This document shows positions 1 through 7,797 of a stretch of DNA of 10,179 bases, piece after piece. Both the position numbers and the translations under genes were made by a program. The stretch is from Myxococcales bacterium (lineage in GTDB: Bacteria; Myxococcota; Myxococcia; Myxococcales; Anaeromyxobacteraceae): NCBI GenBank assembly GCA_038320275.1, contig JBBQEB010000138.1, positions 1 to 10,179 of the forward strand. Reading direction: 5' to 3'. Each line of letters starts with the position of its first letter. The stretch's first letter is position 1. Under the pieces are notes generated by a model, which ran no database searches, was not told where the DNA came from, and saw nothing but the letters and a program-made list of their open reading frames with translations.

Positions 1-2
1 TG

Positions 3-206
3 CCGGGTTGCAGCCACTGGGCGGCGCACGCACACCACGTCCTCTTTCGCTCGCACGGCGGCGGTGACGACCCGGACAACCTCGCCGCCTTGTGCGCCTA
101 CCATCACCTGCGCTGCGTCCACGGCGGCTTCCTCGGCGTGGCGGGCCGCGCGCCCGCGCTGCGGTGGTCCCTCTGCGGCGAGCCGTGGGACGGGCCGCGG
201 CCGTGA
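3..206 (+). CDS. HNH endonuclease domain protein, C-terminal part (5' end outside window)
   Basis: Not in ORF track. Frame +3 reads PGCSHWAAHAHHVLFRSHGGGDDPDNLAALCAYHHLRCVHGGFLGVAGRAPALRWSLCGEPWDGPRP* (TGA 204-206). This contains the HNH signature PGC...HH(V)xxxxxGG...NLxxLCxxHH. Confidence 0.88.
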   Translation, partial: PGCSHWAAHAHHVLFRSHGGGDDPDNLAALCAYHHLRCVHGGFLGVAGRAPALRWSLCGEPWDGPRP

Positions 207-267
207 CCTCGCGCCTATCCGGAGGCCCCCCTGCCGGTCGCTGGATGCGCCCGTCCACCAGCGCGTC

Positions 268-378
268 GCGGTCAATGAGGGAGAGCAGCATCCGCGGGTC
301 GATGGCGACGAAGGGCACCTTGTCGAAGCGAGGCCGGGCCGGGAAGTCCTCGGCAGGGAGCCCGACGATGCCCAACTC
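268..378 (-). pseudogene. Fragment resembling DNA polymerase III beta clamp (dnaN), domain I-II linker region
   Basis: Minus strand reads ELGIVGLPAEDFPARPRFDKVPFVAIDPRMLLSLIDR, matching the recalled DnaN segment 'F-x-I/L-x-G/T-LPA-E/A-DFP-x-L...L-x-x-LI-E/D-R-T' (E. coli ...RFSLSTLPAADFPNL...MKRLIEATQF). Flanking in-frame sequence shows no DnaN likeness and there is no convincing start or stop. Confidence 0.65.
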
Positions 379-475
379 GGCCGCGTCGCCCTCCTGCGAC
401 GCCGGCCGCAAGGAGACGCTCGACCCTCCACCCGAGCTCGCGGCCGGGATTCCTGGTCGCAGTCGGCCGTCACTA

Positions 476-2107
476 TCAGTCCGCCGCCGCCCGCAGGCCC
501 GGCGCCTCGCGGCCTGTGCTGGCCACGTACTCGCCGTAGCCCCCGCCGTACGCCCGGGCCTCGCCCGGCGTGAGCTCGAGCACGCGGTTGGAGAGCGCGC
601 GCAGGAAGCGCCGGTCGTGCGAGACGAACAGCATCGTCCCCTCGAACCCGGAGAGCGCCGCGATGAGCATGTCCTTCGTGCCCACGTCGAGGTGGTTGGT
701 GGGCTCGTCGAGCACGAGGAAGTTGGGCGAGTCGTAGAGGATGCGGGCTAGCACGAGCCGCGCCTTCTCGCCGCCGGACAGCACGCGGCATGACTTGTCG
801 ATGTCGTCGCCAGAGAAGCCGAAGCAGCCGGCCAGCGACCGCAGCGAGCCCACCGAAGCGCGCGGAAATGCGTCCTGGAGGGTGTCCCAGACGGTCTTGG
901 CCGGGGAGAGCAGCTCCATGGCGTGCTGCGCGAAGTAGCCCATCTTCACGCTCCCGCCCACGGTCACCCCGCCGGAGTCGGGGCGTCCCTCGCCGGCCAC
1001 CAGCTTCAAGAGCGTCGACTTTCCAGCGCCGTTGGCGCCCATGACGCACCATCGCTCGCCGCGGCGCACCAAGAGGTCGAGCCCGTCGTACACCTTGCGC
1101 GCGCCGTACGCCTTGCGGACTCCGACCAGCTTCGCGACGTCCTCGCCGGAGCGCGGGCCAGGGTGGAAGTCGAAGAGGACGGTCTTGCGGTGCTTGGGCG
1201 GCTCCACCTTCTCGATCTTCTCCAGCTTCTTCACGCGCGACTGCACCTGCGCGGCGTGCGACGCCCGCGCCTTGAAGCGCTCGATGAAGGCGAGCTCCTT
1301 CTTGAGCGTCGCCTGCTGGCGGTCGAACTGCGCCTGCTGGTGCGAGTCCGCGATGGCCCGCTCCCGCTCGTAGAAGTCGTAGTCGCCGGAGTAGCTCGTG
1401 AGCTCACCGCCGTCGATCTCGACGATCCGCGAGACGACCCTGTTCATGAACTCCCGGTCGTGCGAGGTCATGAGCAGCGCGCCCGGGTAACCGCGCAGGA
1501 AGCCCTCCAGCCAGATGATCGACTCGAGGTCGAGGTGGTTGGAGGGCTCGTCCAGGAGCATCGCGTCGGGCCGCATGAGGAGCACGCGCGCGAGGGCCAC
1601 CCGCATCTTCCAGCCGCCCGAGAGCGCTCCCACGTCGCCATCCATCGCCTCCGGCGAGAAGCCGAGGCCGGCCAGGATCTCCCTCGCGCGCGCATCGAGC
1701 GCGTAGCCGCCGAGCTCGTCGAAGCGCGCCTGCACGTGGCCGAAGCGATCGACCAGCTCTTCCATCTCGTCGGCGCGGGCGGGATCGGCGAGCGCGTGCT
1801 CCAGCTCGGCGAGCTCGGCCGCGACTTGCGAGACCGGCCCGGCGCCGTCCATCACCTCGGCCACCGCCGAGCGGCCGTTCATCTCGCCGACGTCCTGTCC
1901 GAAGTGCCCGATCGTCACGCCCCGGTCGATGGAGACCTGGCCTTCGTCGGGCTCCTCCTCGCGCAGGACGAGACGGAAGAGGGTGGACTTGCCAGCCCCG
2001 TTCGGACCGACGAGCCCCACCTTCTCGCCCCGGTGGAGCGCTGCCGACGCTTCCAGGAAGAGGATCTGCCGCCCATGCTGCTTCGCGATGTTGTCGAGCC
2101 GGATCAA
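476..2107 (-). CDS. ABC-F family ribosome-associated ATPase (two ABC domains, no TM domain)
   Basis: Two Walker A motifs (GPNGAGKST, GANGAGKST), signatures LSGGW and LSGGE, Walker B LLDEPSNHLD and VLDEPTNHLD, SHDR H-loops, and inter-ABC linker YSGDYDFY...FIERFKARASHAAQVQSRVKKLEK. TTG start at 2107 with AGGAAG upstream; ends with tandem stops TGA-TAG-TGA (478-470). Confidence 0.95.
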   Translation of the reverse strand: MIRLDNIAKQHGRQILFLEASAALHRGEKVGLVGPNGAGKSTLFRLVLREEEPDEGQVSIDRGVTIGHFGQDVGEMNGRSAVAEVMDGAGPVSQVAAELAELEHALADPARADEMEELVDRFGHVQARFDELGGYALDARAREILAGLGFSPEAMDGDVGALSGGWKMRVALARVLLMRPDAMLLDEPSNHLDLESIIWLEGFLRGYPGALLMTSHDREFMNRVVSRIVEIDGGELTSYSGDYDFYERERAIADSHQQAQFDRQQATLKKELAFIERFKARASHAAQVQSRVKKLEKIEKVEPPKHRKTVLFDFHPGPRSGEDVAKLVGVRKAYGARKVYDGLDLLVRRGERWCVMGANGAGKSTLLKLVAGEGRPDSGGVTVGGSVKMGYFAQHAMELLSPAKTVWDTLQDAFPRASVGSLRSLAGCFGFSGDDIDKSCRVLSGGEKARLVLARILYDSPNFLVLDEPTNHLDVGTKDMLIAALSGFEGTMLFVSHDRRFLRALSNRVLELTPGEARAYGGGYGEYVASTGREAPGLRAAAD

Positions 2108-2312
2108 GGGGCGCTTCCTAGCATGCGAGGGGTGGTTGCGTCAGCGGCGCGGGGAAGGAGCCCCACGTCGCCGCCCGGTGGTGGGAGGGGCTGCGCTAAG
2201 CTCCAGCCGTGCACGCGGCTCCCGAAGCGCCTTCCCCGCCCCTCCGCGAGGCGCGGCTGCCCGGGATCCTCGTCGACCTGTTCATCCGCTACCCGTGATC
2301 GAGGCCACCTCC

Positions 2313-3719
2313 ATGACCAGATCCACCGTCTTTCGCGCGCTCGCCGCGGCCGCCATCGCCGCCGCCGCATCGCCCTCCCGCGCTGCCCCGCGGGCGAGCC
2401 CGGGGATCCTCCACCAGCTCAACAGCGCGGTGGAGGGCGTGCTCGCGCGCGTCTCCCCGGCGGTGGTGCAGATCTCCGTGACGGGCTACGGGCCCGTGGA
2501 AGGGGAGCCGGGAGAGGGAGCGCCGCTCGCGCGGCAGCACGCCATCGCGTCCGGCGTCATCGTCGATCCCGACGGCTACATCATGACGAACTACCACGTG
2601 GTGGACGGCGCCCAGCGCATCCGGGTCTCGCTGGCACCTGCCGGCGGGGAAGGGTCCGCCCGCGACGGCTCGCGGCGGGTGTACGAGGCGCGGGTGGTGG
2701 GTACGCACCCCGAGGCCGACCTGGCCCTGCTCAAGATCGACGCGCACCGCCTCCCCACGCTCTCCATCGACGGCAAGCGCCCGGTGCGCCAGGGAGAGCT
2801 GGTGTTCGCGGTGGGGAGCCCGCAGGGGCTCGCCAGCACGGCGACCATGGGCGTGGTGAGCTCCGTCTCGCGGCAGGCGGAGGTGGTTTCACCCATGGTC
2901 TATATCCAGACAGACGCGCCCATCAATCCGGGCAACAGCGGCGGGCCGCTGGTCGACGTCGATGGAGAGGTGGTCGGGCTGAACACCTTCATCCTCTCGC
3001 AATCCGGCGGCAGCCAGGGGCTGGGCTTCGCCATCCCCGCCTCCATGGTGCGGCTCGTCTACGACAGCCTGCGCAAGTACGGGCACGTCCACCGCACCGA
3101 GGTGGGCGCCTCGGCGCAGACCATCACCCCGCCGCTGGCGGCCGGGCTCGGCCTGCCGCGGGACTGGGGCGTGGTGGTGTCGGACGTGGTGCCCGGCGGC
3201 CCCGCAGCGGTGGCCGGGCTCGCCGAGGGCGACGTGGTGGACACCCTCGACGGCAAGCCGGTGGACAGCCTGGCCGCGCTCTCTGGCGCCCTCTACCTGC
3301 ACGCGGCCGAACAGCCCGTCCAGATGAAGGTCCTGCGCGGGGCGAAGGCGGTGACGATCCAGATTCGCGGGGTGGAGTCGAAGCACCCGGTGGAGCAGCT
3401 CGTGAACCTGTCCCGCGCCGAGGACCACCTCGTGGCGAAGCTCGGCGTGATCGGGGTGGAGGTCTCGGACGAGCTGCGGCAGCTCATGCCGGCGCTCCGC
3501 GCGGGGCCAGGGGTGGTCGTGGCCGCCCGCACCGTCGAGCCCTCCAGCATCGAGAGCGGGCTCCAGACCGGCGACGTCATCCGGGCGGTGAACCGCGCCC
3601 CGGTGACCACCGTCCCCGGGCTGCGGAAGGCCGTCGACGGCCTCACGGCCGGCTCGCCGGTCGTCATCCAGATCGACCGCGCCGGCCGGCGGCGCTACCT
3701 CTCCTTCGAGATGGAATAG
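2313..3719 (+). CDS. HtrA/DegP/DegQ-family periplasmic serine protease with two PDZ domains
   Basis: ATG 2313 preceded by GAGG. Signal-peptide-like MTRSTVFRALAAAAIAAAASPSRA; catalytic triad motifs TNYHVV, ADLALLKI, TDAPINPGNSGGPL; two PDZ repeats (GPAAVAGLAEGDVV and SGLQTGDVIRAVN). The ORF-track extension to 1929 overlaps the ABC-F gene antisense and is not real. Confidence 0.93.
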   Translation: MTRSTVFRALAAAAIAAAASPSRAAPRASPGILHQLNSAVEGVLARVSPAVVQISVTGYGPVEGEPGEGAPLARQHAIASGVIVDPDGYIMTNYHVVDGAQRIRVSLAPAGGEGSARDGSRRVYEARVVGTHPEADLALLKIDAHRLPTLSIDGKRPVRQGELVFAVGSPQGLASTATMGVVSSVSRQAEVVSPMVYIQTDAPINPGNSGGPLVDVDGEVVGLNTFILSQSGGSQGLGFAIPASMVRLVYDSLRKYGHVHRTEVGASAQTITPPLAAGLGLPRDWGVVVSDVVPGGPAAVAGLAEGDVVDTLDGKPVDSLAALSGALYLHAAEQPVQMKVLRGAKAVTIQIRGVESKHPVEQLVNLSRAEDHLVAKLGVIGVEVSDELRQLMPALRAGPGVVVAARTVEPSSIESGLQTGDVIRAVNRAPVTTVPGLRKAVDGLTAGSPVVIQIDRAGRRRYLSFEME

Positions 3720-3723
3720 GACA

Positions 3724-5874
3724 TCACGTGCTCATCGGACGCCGCGCCGCCGCCTGCTGCGCCTGGATGGCGGTCAGGGTGATGGTGAAGACGATGTCCT
3801 CCACCAGGCAACCGCGGCTGAGGTCGTTCACCGGCTTCGCGAGGCCCTGAAGCATGGGGCCGATGCTCACCACGTTGGCGCTGCGCTGCACGGCCTTGTA
3901 GGTGACGTTGCCGGTGTTGAGGTCCGGGAAGATGAAGACCGTCGCCTTGCCAGCGACGGCGGACTTGGGGGCCTTCTGGCGCGCCACGTCGGCCATGACC
4001 GCCGCGTCGTACTGGAGCGGGCCGTCGATGAGGAGGTCGGGGCGCAGTCCTTGCGCGATCTCGGTCGCGCGCTTCACCTTCTCCACCTCCTCGCCGCTGC
4101 CGCTCGTCCCCGTCGAGTACGAGAGCATGGCGACGCGCGGCTCGATGCCGAACGCCTTGGCCGAGTCGGCGCTCTGGATGGCGATGTCGGCGAGCTGCTC
4201 CGCGGTGGGGTTCGGGTTCACGGCGCAGTCGCCGAACACGAGCACCTGGTCGGGCAGGCACATGAAGAACACGCTGGACACGAGATTCGACCCGGGCACC
4301 GTCTTGATGATCTGGAGCGCGGGCCGGATGGTGTGGGCGGTGGTGTGCACGGCCCCGGAGACGAGCCCGTCGGCCTCCCCCAGCGCCATCATCATGGTGC
4401 CCACCATGATGCCGTCGGCGAGCTCGGCGGCGGCGAGCTGCGGGGTCATGCCCTTCGTCTTGCGCCGCTCCACCAGCGCGTCCACGTAGCGGGGCCCCAC
4501 CACCACCGGATCCAGGATCTCGGTGGACGCGGGCAGCTCGACCCCCTGCTTACGCGCGGCTTCCCGCACCTCGTCCGGATCGCCCAGCAGGACGCAGCGG
4601 GCGATGCCCCGGCCCTGGACGATGGCCGCGGCTGCGATGGTGCGGGGCTCGGTTCCCTCGGGGAGGACGATGCGCTTGTTCGCGGCGCGGGCGGACTCGA
4701 TGAGCCGGTGGCGGAATGCGGGAGGCGAGAGCCGCGCCACGCGCTTCGTGCCGACCACGCCCTTCAGCCATGCGTCGTCGAAGCGATCGGCGACCGCGTT
4801 CATGGTGAGCTCGACCCGCTCTGCGTCGTCGGCCGGGATCTCGCCGTCCATGTTGGCGACGTCGCTGGCGGCCTCGAAGCTCCCGCCGTCCACGGACAGG
4901 AGCGGCAGGCCGGTGGCGAGCGCCTGGCGGCAGAGCTCGAGCACCCGCTCGTCGGGGGCGAGGCCGCCGGTGAGGAGCAGCCCCGCGAGCTGCACCCCGC
5001 TCAGCACCGCCAGCGACGCGGCGAGCAGCACGTCGCTCCGATCGCCGGGCGTGATGATGAGGGCGCCGGGACGGAAGGAGCGCATCGCGTTCGGCACCGT
5101 CATGGCGCACAGCGAGACGCTCTGGATGCGCCTCCGGCCGTAGTCGCCGGCGAAGAGCACCTTCGCGCTCACCGCGCGGGCGAGGTCCAGCACGCGCGCC
5201 GCCTCGAGCTCGCGGCGATAGGGGACGAGCGCGACCGCGCGAAGCTTCTCGGCCTGCAGCGCCCCGCGGTAGGCCTCCACGCTGGCGTCGTCCACGTTGC
5301 CGTCGAGGGCCGCCTCGGCCCAGGCGCCGCGCTGCTCGTCCGACCAGGGAAGCGGGGCTCCTCCGGGCACGCGATTCACGACGCAGCTCACCGGCCGGTC
5401 GCCCGGGGCGCCGAACCCGCGGGCCGCGATGGCCACCGCGTCCGCGACCTCGGCCGGCGAGTCCTCGCCCGGGGAGGCGACCAGCACCAGCTCGGCGTCG
5501 AGCGCCTTCAGCATGAGGGCGTTGACGCGGGTGGAGTAGACCATGCCGGACTCCGGCACCATGCCCTCTACGACGAGCACGTCCACGCCTTCCCCCGCCC
5601 TGCTGCACAGCGCCACCACCTGCTCCATCACCGTCTGGTCGTCGCCCGCTGCGAGCAGGTGCTCCACCCCCTCGCGCGGGAGCGGGGTGGGAGCCTCCAG
5701 ATGCGCCCCCAGCTTCACGAGCGCGATCGAAGCGCCTTCGCGATCGCGCGCGCCGATGGGCTGGGCGAACCCGACGCGGACGCCCTGCCGGTCGAGGGCC
5801 CGGATGAGCCCGAGGCATACGGTGGTGAGGCCAACCTGACGGCCGGCGGGAGCGACGAGGATGGTGTGAGGCAT
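3724..5874 (-). CDS. pta: Phosphate acetyltransferase, long class II form (BioD-like P-loop + DRTGG + PTA_PTB), 716 aa
   Basis: ATG 5874 preceded by AGGAG. N-terminus MPHTILVAPAGRQVGLTTVCLGL; DRTGG-type ITPGDRSD; catalytic domain RIVLPEGTEPRT, GLVSGAVHTT, DGPLQYDAA, FIFPDLNTGN, GPMLQGLAKPVNDLSRG. Lies immediately downstream of ackA. Confidence 0.96.
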   Translation of the reverse strand: MPHTILVAPAGRQVGLTTVCLGLIRALDRQGVRVGFAQPIGARDREGASIALVKLGAHLEAPTPLPREGVEHLLAAGDDQTVMEQVVALCSRAGEGVDVLVVEGMVPESGMVYSTRVNALMLKALDAELVLVASPGEDSPAEVADAVAIAARGFGAPGDRPVSCVVNRVPGGAPLPWSDEQRGAWAEAALDGNVDDASVEAYRGALQAEKLRAVALVPYRRELEAARVLDLARAVSAKVLFAGDYGRRRIQSVSLCAMTVPNAMRSFRPGALIITPGDRSDVLLAASLAVLSGVQLAGLLLTGGLAPDERVLELCRQALATGLPLLSVDGGSFEAASDVANMDGEIPADDAERVELTMNAVADRFDDAWLKGVVGTKRVARLSPPAFRHRLIESARAANKRIVLPEGTEPRTIAAAAIVQGRGIARCVLLGDPDEVREAARKQGVELPASTEILDPVVVGPRYVDALVERRKTKGMTPQLAAAELADGIMVGTMMMALGEADGLVSGAVHTTAHTIRPALQIIKTVPGSNLVSSVFFMCLPDQVLVFGDCAVNPNPTAEQLADIAIQSADSAKAFGIEPRVAMLSYSTGTSGSGEEVEKVKRATEIAQGLRPDLLIDGPLQYDAAVMADVARQKAPKSAVAGKATVFIFPDLNTGNVTYKAVQRSANVVSIGPMLQGLAKPVNDLSRGCLVEDIVFTITLTAIQAQQAAARRPMST

Positions 5875-5900
5875 GGTGATGTCTCCTGGGGCGCGCGAGG

Positions 5901-7094
5901 TCAGCGGCCCTGGCCGGCACGGACGATGTCGGCGGTATCCATCGCGATCATGAGCTCCTCGTCCGTCGGGACGACGAGCGCCTGGGGCCTGGACTCGCGG
6001 GTGATGCGGCCTCCGGTCTCGCTGCCGTGCTTCGCGTTCGCCTGGGGGTCGAGGGTGATGCCCAGGAAGCCGAGCTGCTCCACGACCCGCGCCCGGACGA
6101 GGGTGGAGTTCTCGCCGATTCCCCCGGTGAAGGCGAGCGCGTCGAGCCGGCCGAGCGGAACCATCAGGCTGGCGAGCGCCTTCGCGAGCACGTAGCAGAA
6201 GATGTCGATGGCGAGGCGTGCTCCCTCGTGCCCCTTCTCGGCTTCGCCCTCCAGCGTCCTCATATCGTTCGACAGCCCCGAGACACCCAGCAGCCCCGAG
6301 GCCTTGTTGAGCGCGCCGATGATCTCGTCCGCCGACTGGCCCGAGGCGTGCGCCACGTGTCCCACCAGGGCGGGATCGACGGAGCCCGACCGCGTTCCCA
6401 TCATCACGCCTTCGAGTGGCGTGAGGCCCATGGTCGTGTCGACGCTCTTGCCGTTCTTCACGGCCGTGCAGGAGCAGCCGTTTCCGAGGTGCGCGGTGAT
6501 GATGGCGCTGTCCCCCGCCGGCAGGGCGAGCCGCTTCAGCACCTGCTGCGCCACGAAGCGATGACTCGTGCCATGAAAGCCGTAGCGGCGGACGCCGTAC
6601 CGGGTGAGCCACTCGCGCGGCACCGGGTAGGTGTACGCCCGGGCGGGCATCGTCTGGTGAAAAGCGGTGTCGAAGACGCCAACCTGCGGCAGCGTGGGGA
6701 AGAGCTCGCGTGCGATGGCGATGCCAACGAGGTTGGGAGGATTGTGCAGGGGTCCGAGGGGGATGCACTCCTCGATCATGGAGATGACCTCGTTCGACAG
6801 AGCCATGGATCCGGAGAACCGGGAACCGCCGTGAACGACCCGGTGTCCGACTCCACCCAGGCCCTCGATGAGGCCGAGATCCCTCAGGAGCTCGACGACC
6901 GCTCGGAGCGCGGCATCGTGGCTCGCGCCGGGCAGCGCGCGCGTGCTCTTCTTGCCGTCGATCTTCCAGTCCAGGGAGGCTTGGGGAGAGCCAATCCGCT
7001 GCGCGAGACCGGAGATGGCCTGCCGTCCGCTCGCCGGATCGATCACGGCGAATTTGGCGGACGAACTGCCGCAGTTGAGGACGAGAATGTTCAT
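5901..7094 (-). CDS. ackA: Acetate kinase
   Basis: ILVLNCGSSSAKF, GHRVVHGG, PLHNP, FDTAFHQT, RRYGFHGTSH, HLGNG, DTTMGLTPLEG, FTGGIGEN, TDEE motifs; 26 bp upstream of pta. Confidence 0.97.
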   Translation of the reverse strand: MNILVLNCGSSSAKFAVIDPASGRQAISGLAQRIGSPQASLDWKIDGKKSTRALPGASHDAALRAVVELLRDLGLIEGLGGVGHRVVHGGSRFSGSMALSNEVISMIEECIPLGPLHNPPNLVGIAIARELFPTLPQVGVFDTAFHQTMPARAYTYPVPREWLTRYGVRRYGFHGTSHRFVAQQVLKRLALPAGDSAIITAHLGNGCSCTAVKNGKSVDTTMGLTPLEGVMMGTRSGSVDPALVGHVAHASGQSADEIIGALNKASGLLGVSGLSNDMRTLEGEAEKGHEGARLAIDIFCYVLAKALASLMVPLGRLDALAFTGGIGENSTLVRARVVEQLGFLGITLDPQANAKHGSETGGRITRESRPQALVVPTDEELMIAMDTADIVRAGQGR

Positions 7095-7113
7095 GGCTCA
7101 GGACGCACTGCAT

Positions 7114-7165
7114 CGCGCGAGCCAGTAGCGGCGACCCAGGGCGTTGCCGCCATTGGCTCATCGCG
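7114..7165 (-). promoter_or_regulatory. Long imperfect hairpin in the ackA upstream/leader region
   Basis: On the + strand, GAGCCAGTAGCGGCGAC (7119-7135) pairs with GTTGCCGCCATTGGCTC (7143-7159): 17 positions with one mismatch and two G-U pairs, extendable by flanking CGCG arms. Confidence 0.4.
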
Positions 7166-7190
7166 TCAAGAAGCGTCCTTCGGCCCTCTT

Positions 7191-7241
7191 CGGGTCGAGC
7201 GCACGTTTTGCCATTGGATGCTCGACCCGCAAAACGTGCGC
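7191..7241. repeat. Two interleaved perfect inverted repeats (A-B-A'-B')
   Basis: A = CGGGTCGAGC (7191-7200) and A' = GCTCGACCCG (7220-7229), 10 bp. B = GCGCACGTTTTGC (7199-7211) and B' = GCAAAACGTGCGC (7229-7241), 13 bp. Both read directly from the sequence. Confidence 0.85.
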
Positions 7242-7248
7242 GGCGTCT

Positions 7249-7659
7249 TCAGGCGATGGCGCGCTTGCGTCGGCCTTCGCGGCAGAGCTTCGCCAGGGCG
7301 TCGTTCACGCCAACAAGGCTGAAGGGCTTTGGCACCACGGCGTCCGCATCCGGCACGTAGGCGTAGCGGCTGGAGGCGTACCCGCTCATCACCGCCACGG
7401 GGATGGTCTGCCAATCGTCGTTTTGCCGCAGGCGCGCCAGGAACTCCTCGCCGGTCATGGCCGGCATCCCCAGGTCGAGCAGGATGGCATCGGGAGGCGC
7501 CTCCTGCGCGAGGAGCTGGGGCGCCTCACGTCCAGAACGGGCTGCGAGGAGCTCGATGCCCTCGTCCGCGAGGAGCTCGCAGATCGTCTCACGGAGATCG
7601 TCGTCGTCGTCGATGACCATCACGCGTTTGCATGGATGTCCCACGGCAGCGAAAGTCAT
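7249..7659 (-). CDS. Single-domain response regulator (CheY-like receiver)
   Basis: RVMVIDDDDDLRE acidic pocket, phosphoacceptor ILLDLGMPAMTG, AVMSG Ser, conserved KPF; no output domain. Start set at ATG 7659 (GAGG upstream); exact start uncertain. Confidence 0.88.
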   Translation of the reverse strand: MTFAAVGHPCKRVMVIDDDDDLRETICELLADEGIELLAARSGREAPQLLAQEAPPDAILLDLGMPAMTGEEFLARLRQNDDWQTIPVAVMSGYASSRYAYVPDADAVVPKPFSLVGVNDALAKLCREGRRKRAIA

Positions 7660-7797
7660 CACGCCTCGCTGGTGGCGCACCGCCCCAGGAGAGGAGAACC
7701 GGATCGGGTGCCGGGACCCGTGCCGGCAGGGTGTTTCCGCCGTCGACAAATCGGGCCGCGCGTGCTTCCCTCCCGCCCTTCATCCGGAAGGAACGCC

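Noticed and set aside
64..751. ORFs 64-573 and 92-751 (+)
   Set aside because: Low-complexity translations overlapping the HNH gene off-frame and the ABC-F gene antisense. The real + strand coding frame is frame 3 (3-206).
476..2107. ABC-F as an antibiotic-resistance (ARE) protein
   Set aside because: The linker looks like the housekeeping YheS/YdiF/YbiT type and there is no resistance or mobile context. The subfamily cannot be assigned without HMMs.
2197..2202. TAAGCT as a -10 box for the protease gene
   Set aside because: No convincing -35 element; a hexamer alone is insufficient support.
923..3850. 975-aa + strand ORF and other long overlapping ORFs (e.g. 4051-6195, 6027-7322, 4550-5920, 8310-9224, 8711-9604)
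   Set aside because: Antisense or off-frame shadows of well-supported genes, typical of very high-GC DNA, with no recognisable motifs.
3724..7161. 1145-aa ORF suggesting a giant Pta or an AckA-Pta frameshift fusion
   Set aside because: The extension beyond 5874 is the shadow frame of ackA in which GC-rich third positions become first positions, so stops are rare. The translation is Arg/Pro/Gly-rich nonsense, and pta has its own AGGAG SD and ATG.
7199..7211. GCGCACGTTTTGC as a sigma-54 promoter
   Set aside because: It lacks the -24 GG and the spacing to TTGC is 2 nt too short for TGGCACG-N4-TTGC.
7144..7797. N-terminal extension of the ERG2-like ORF to 474 aa
   Set aside because: It overlaps the response regulator antisense; family similarity and a strong SD both start at ATG 7798.
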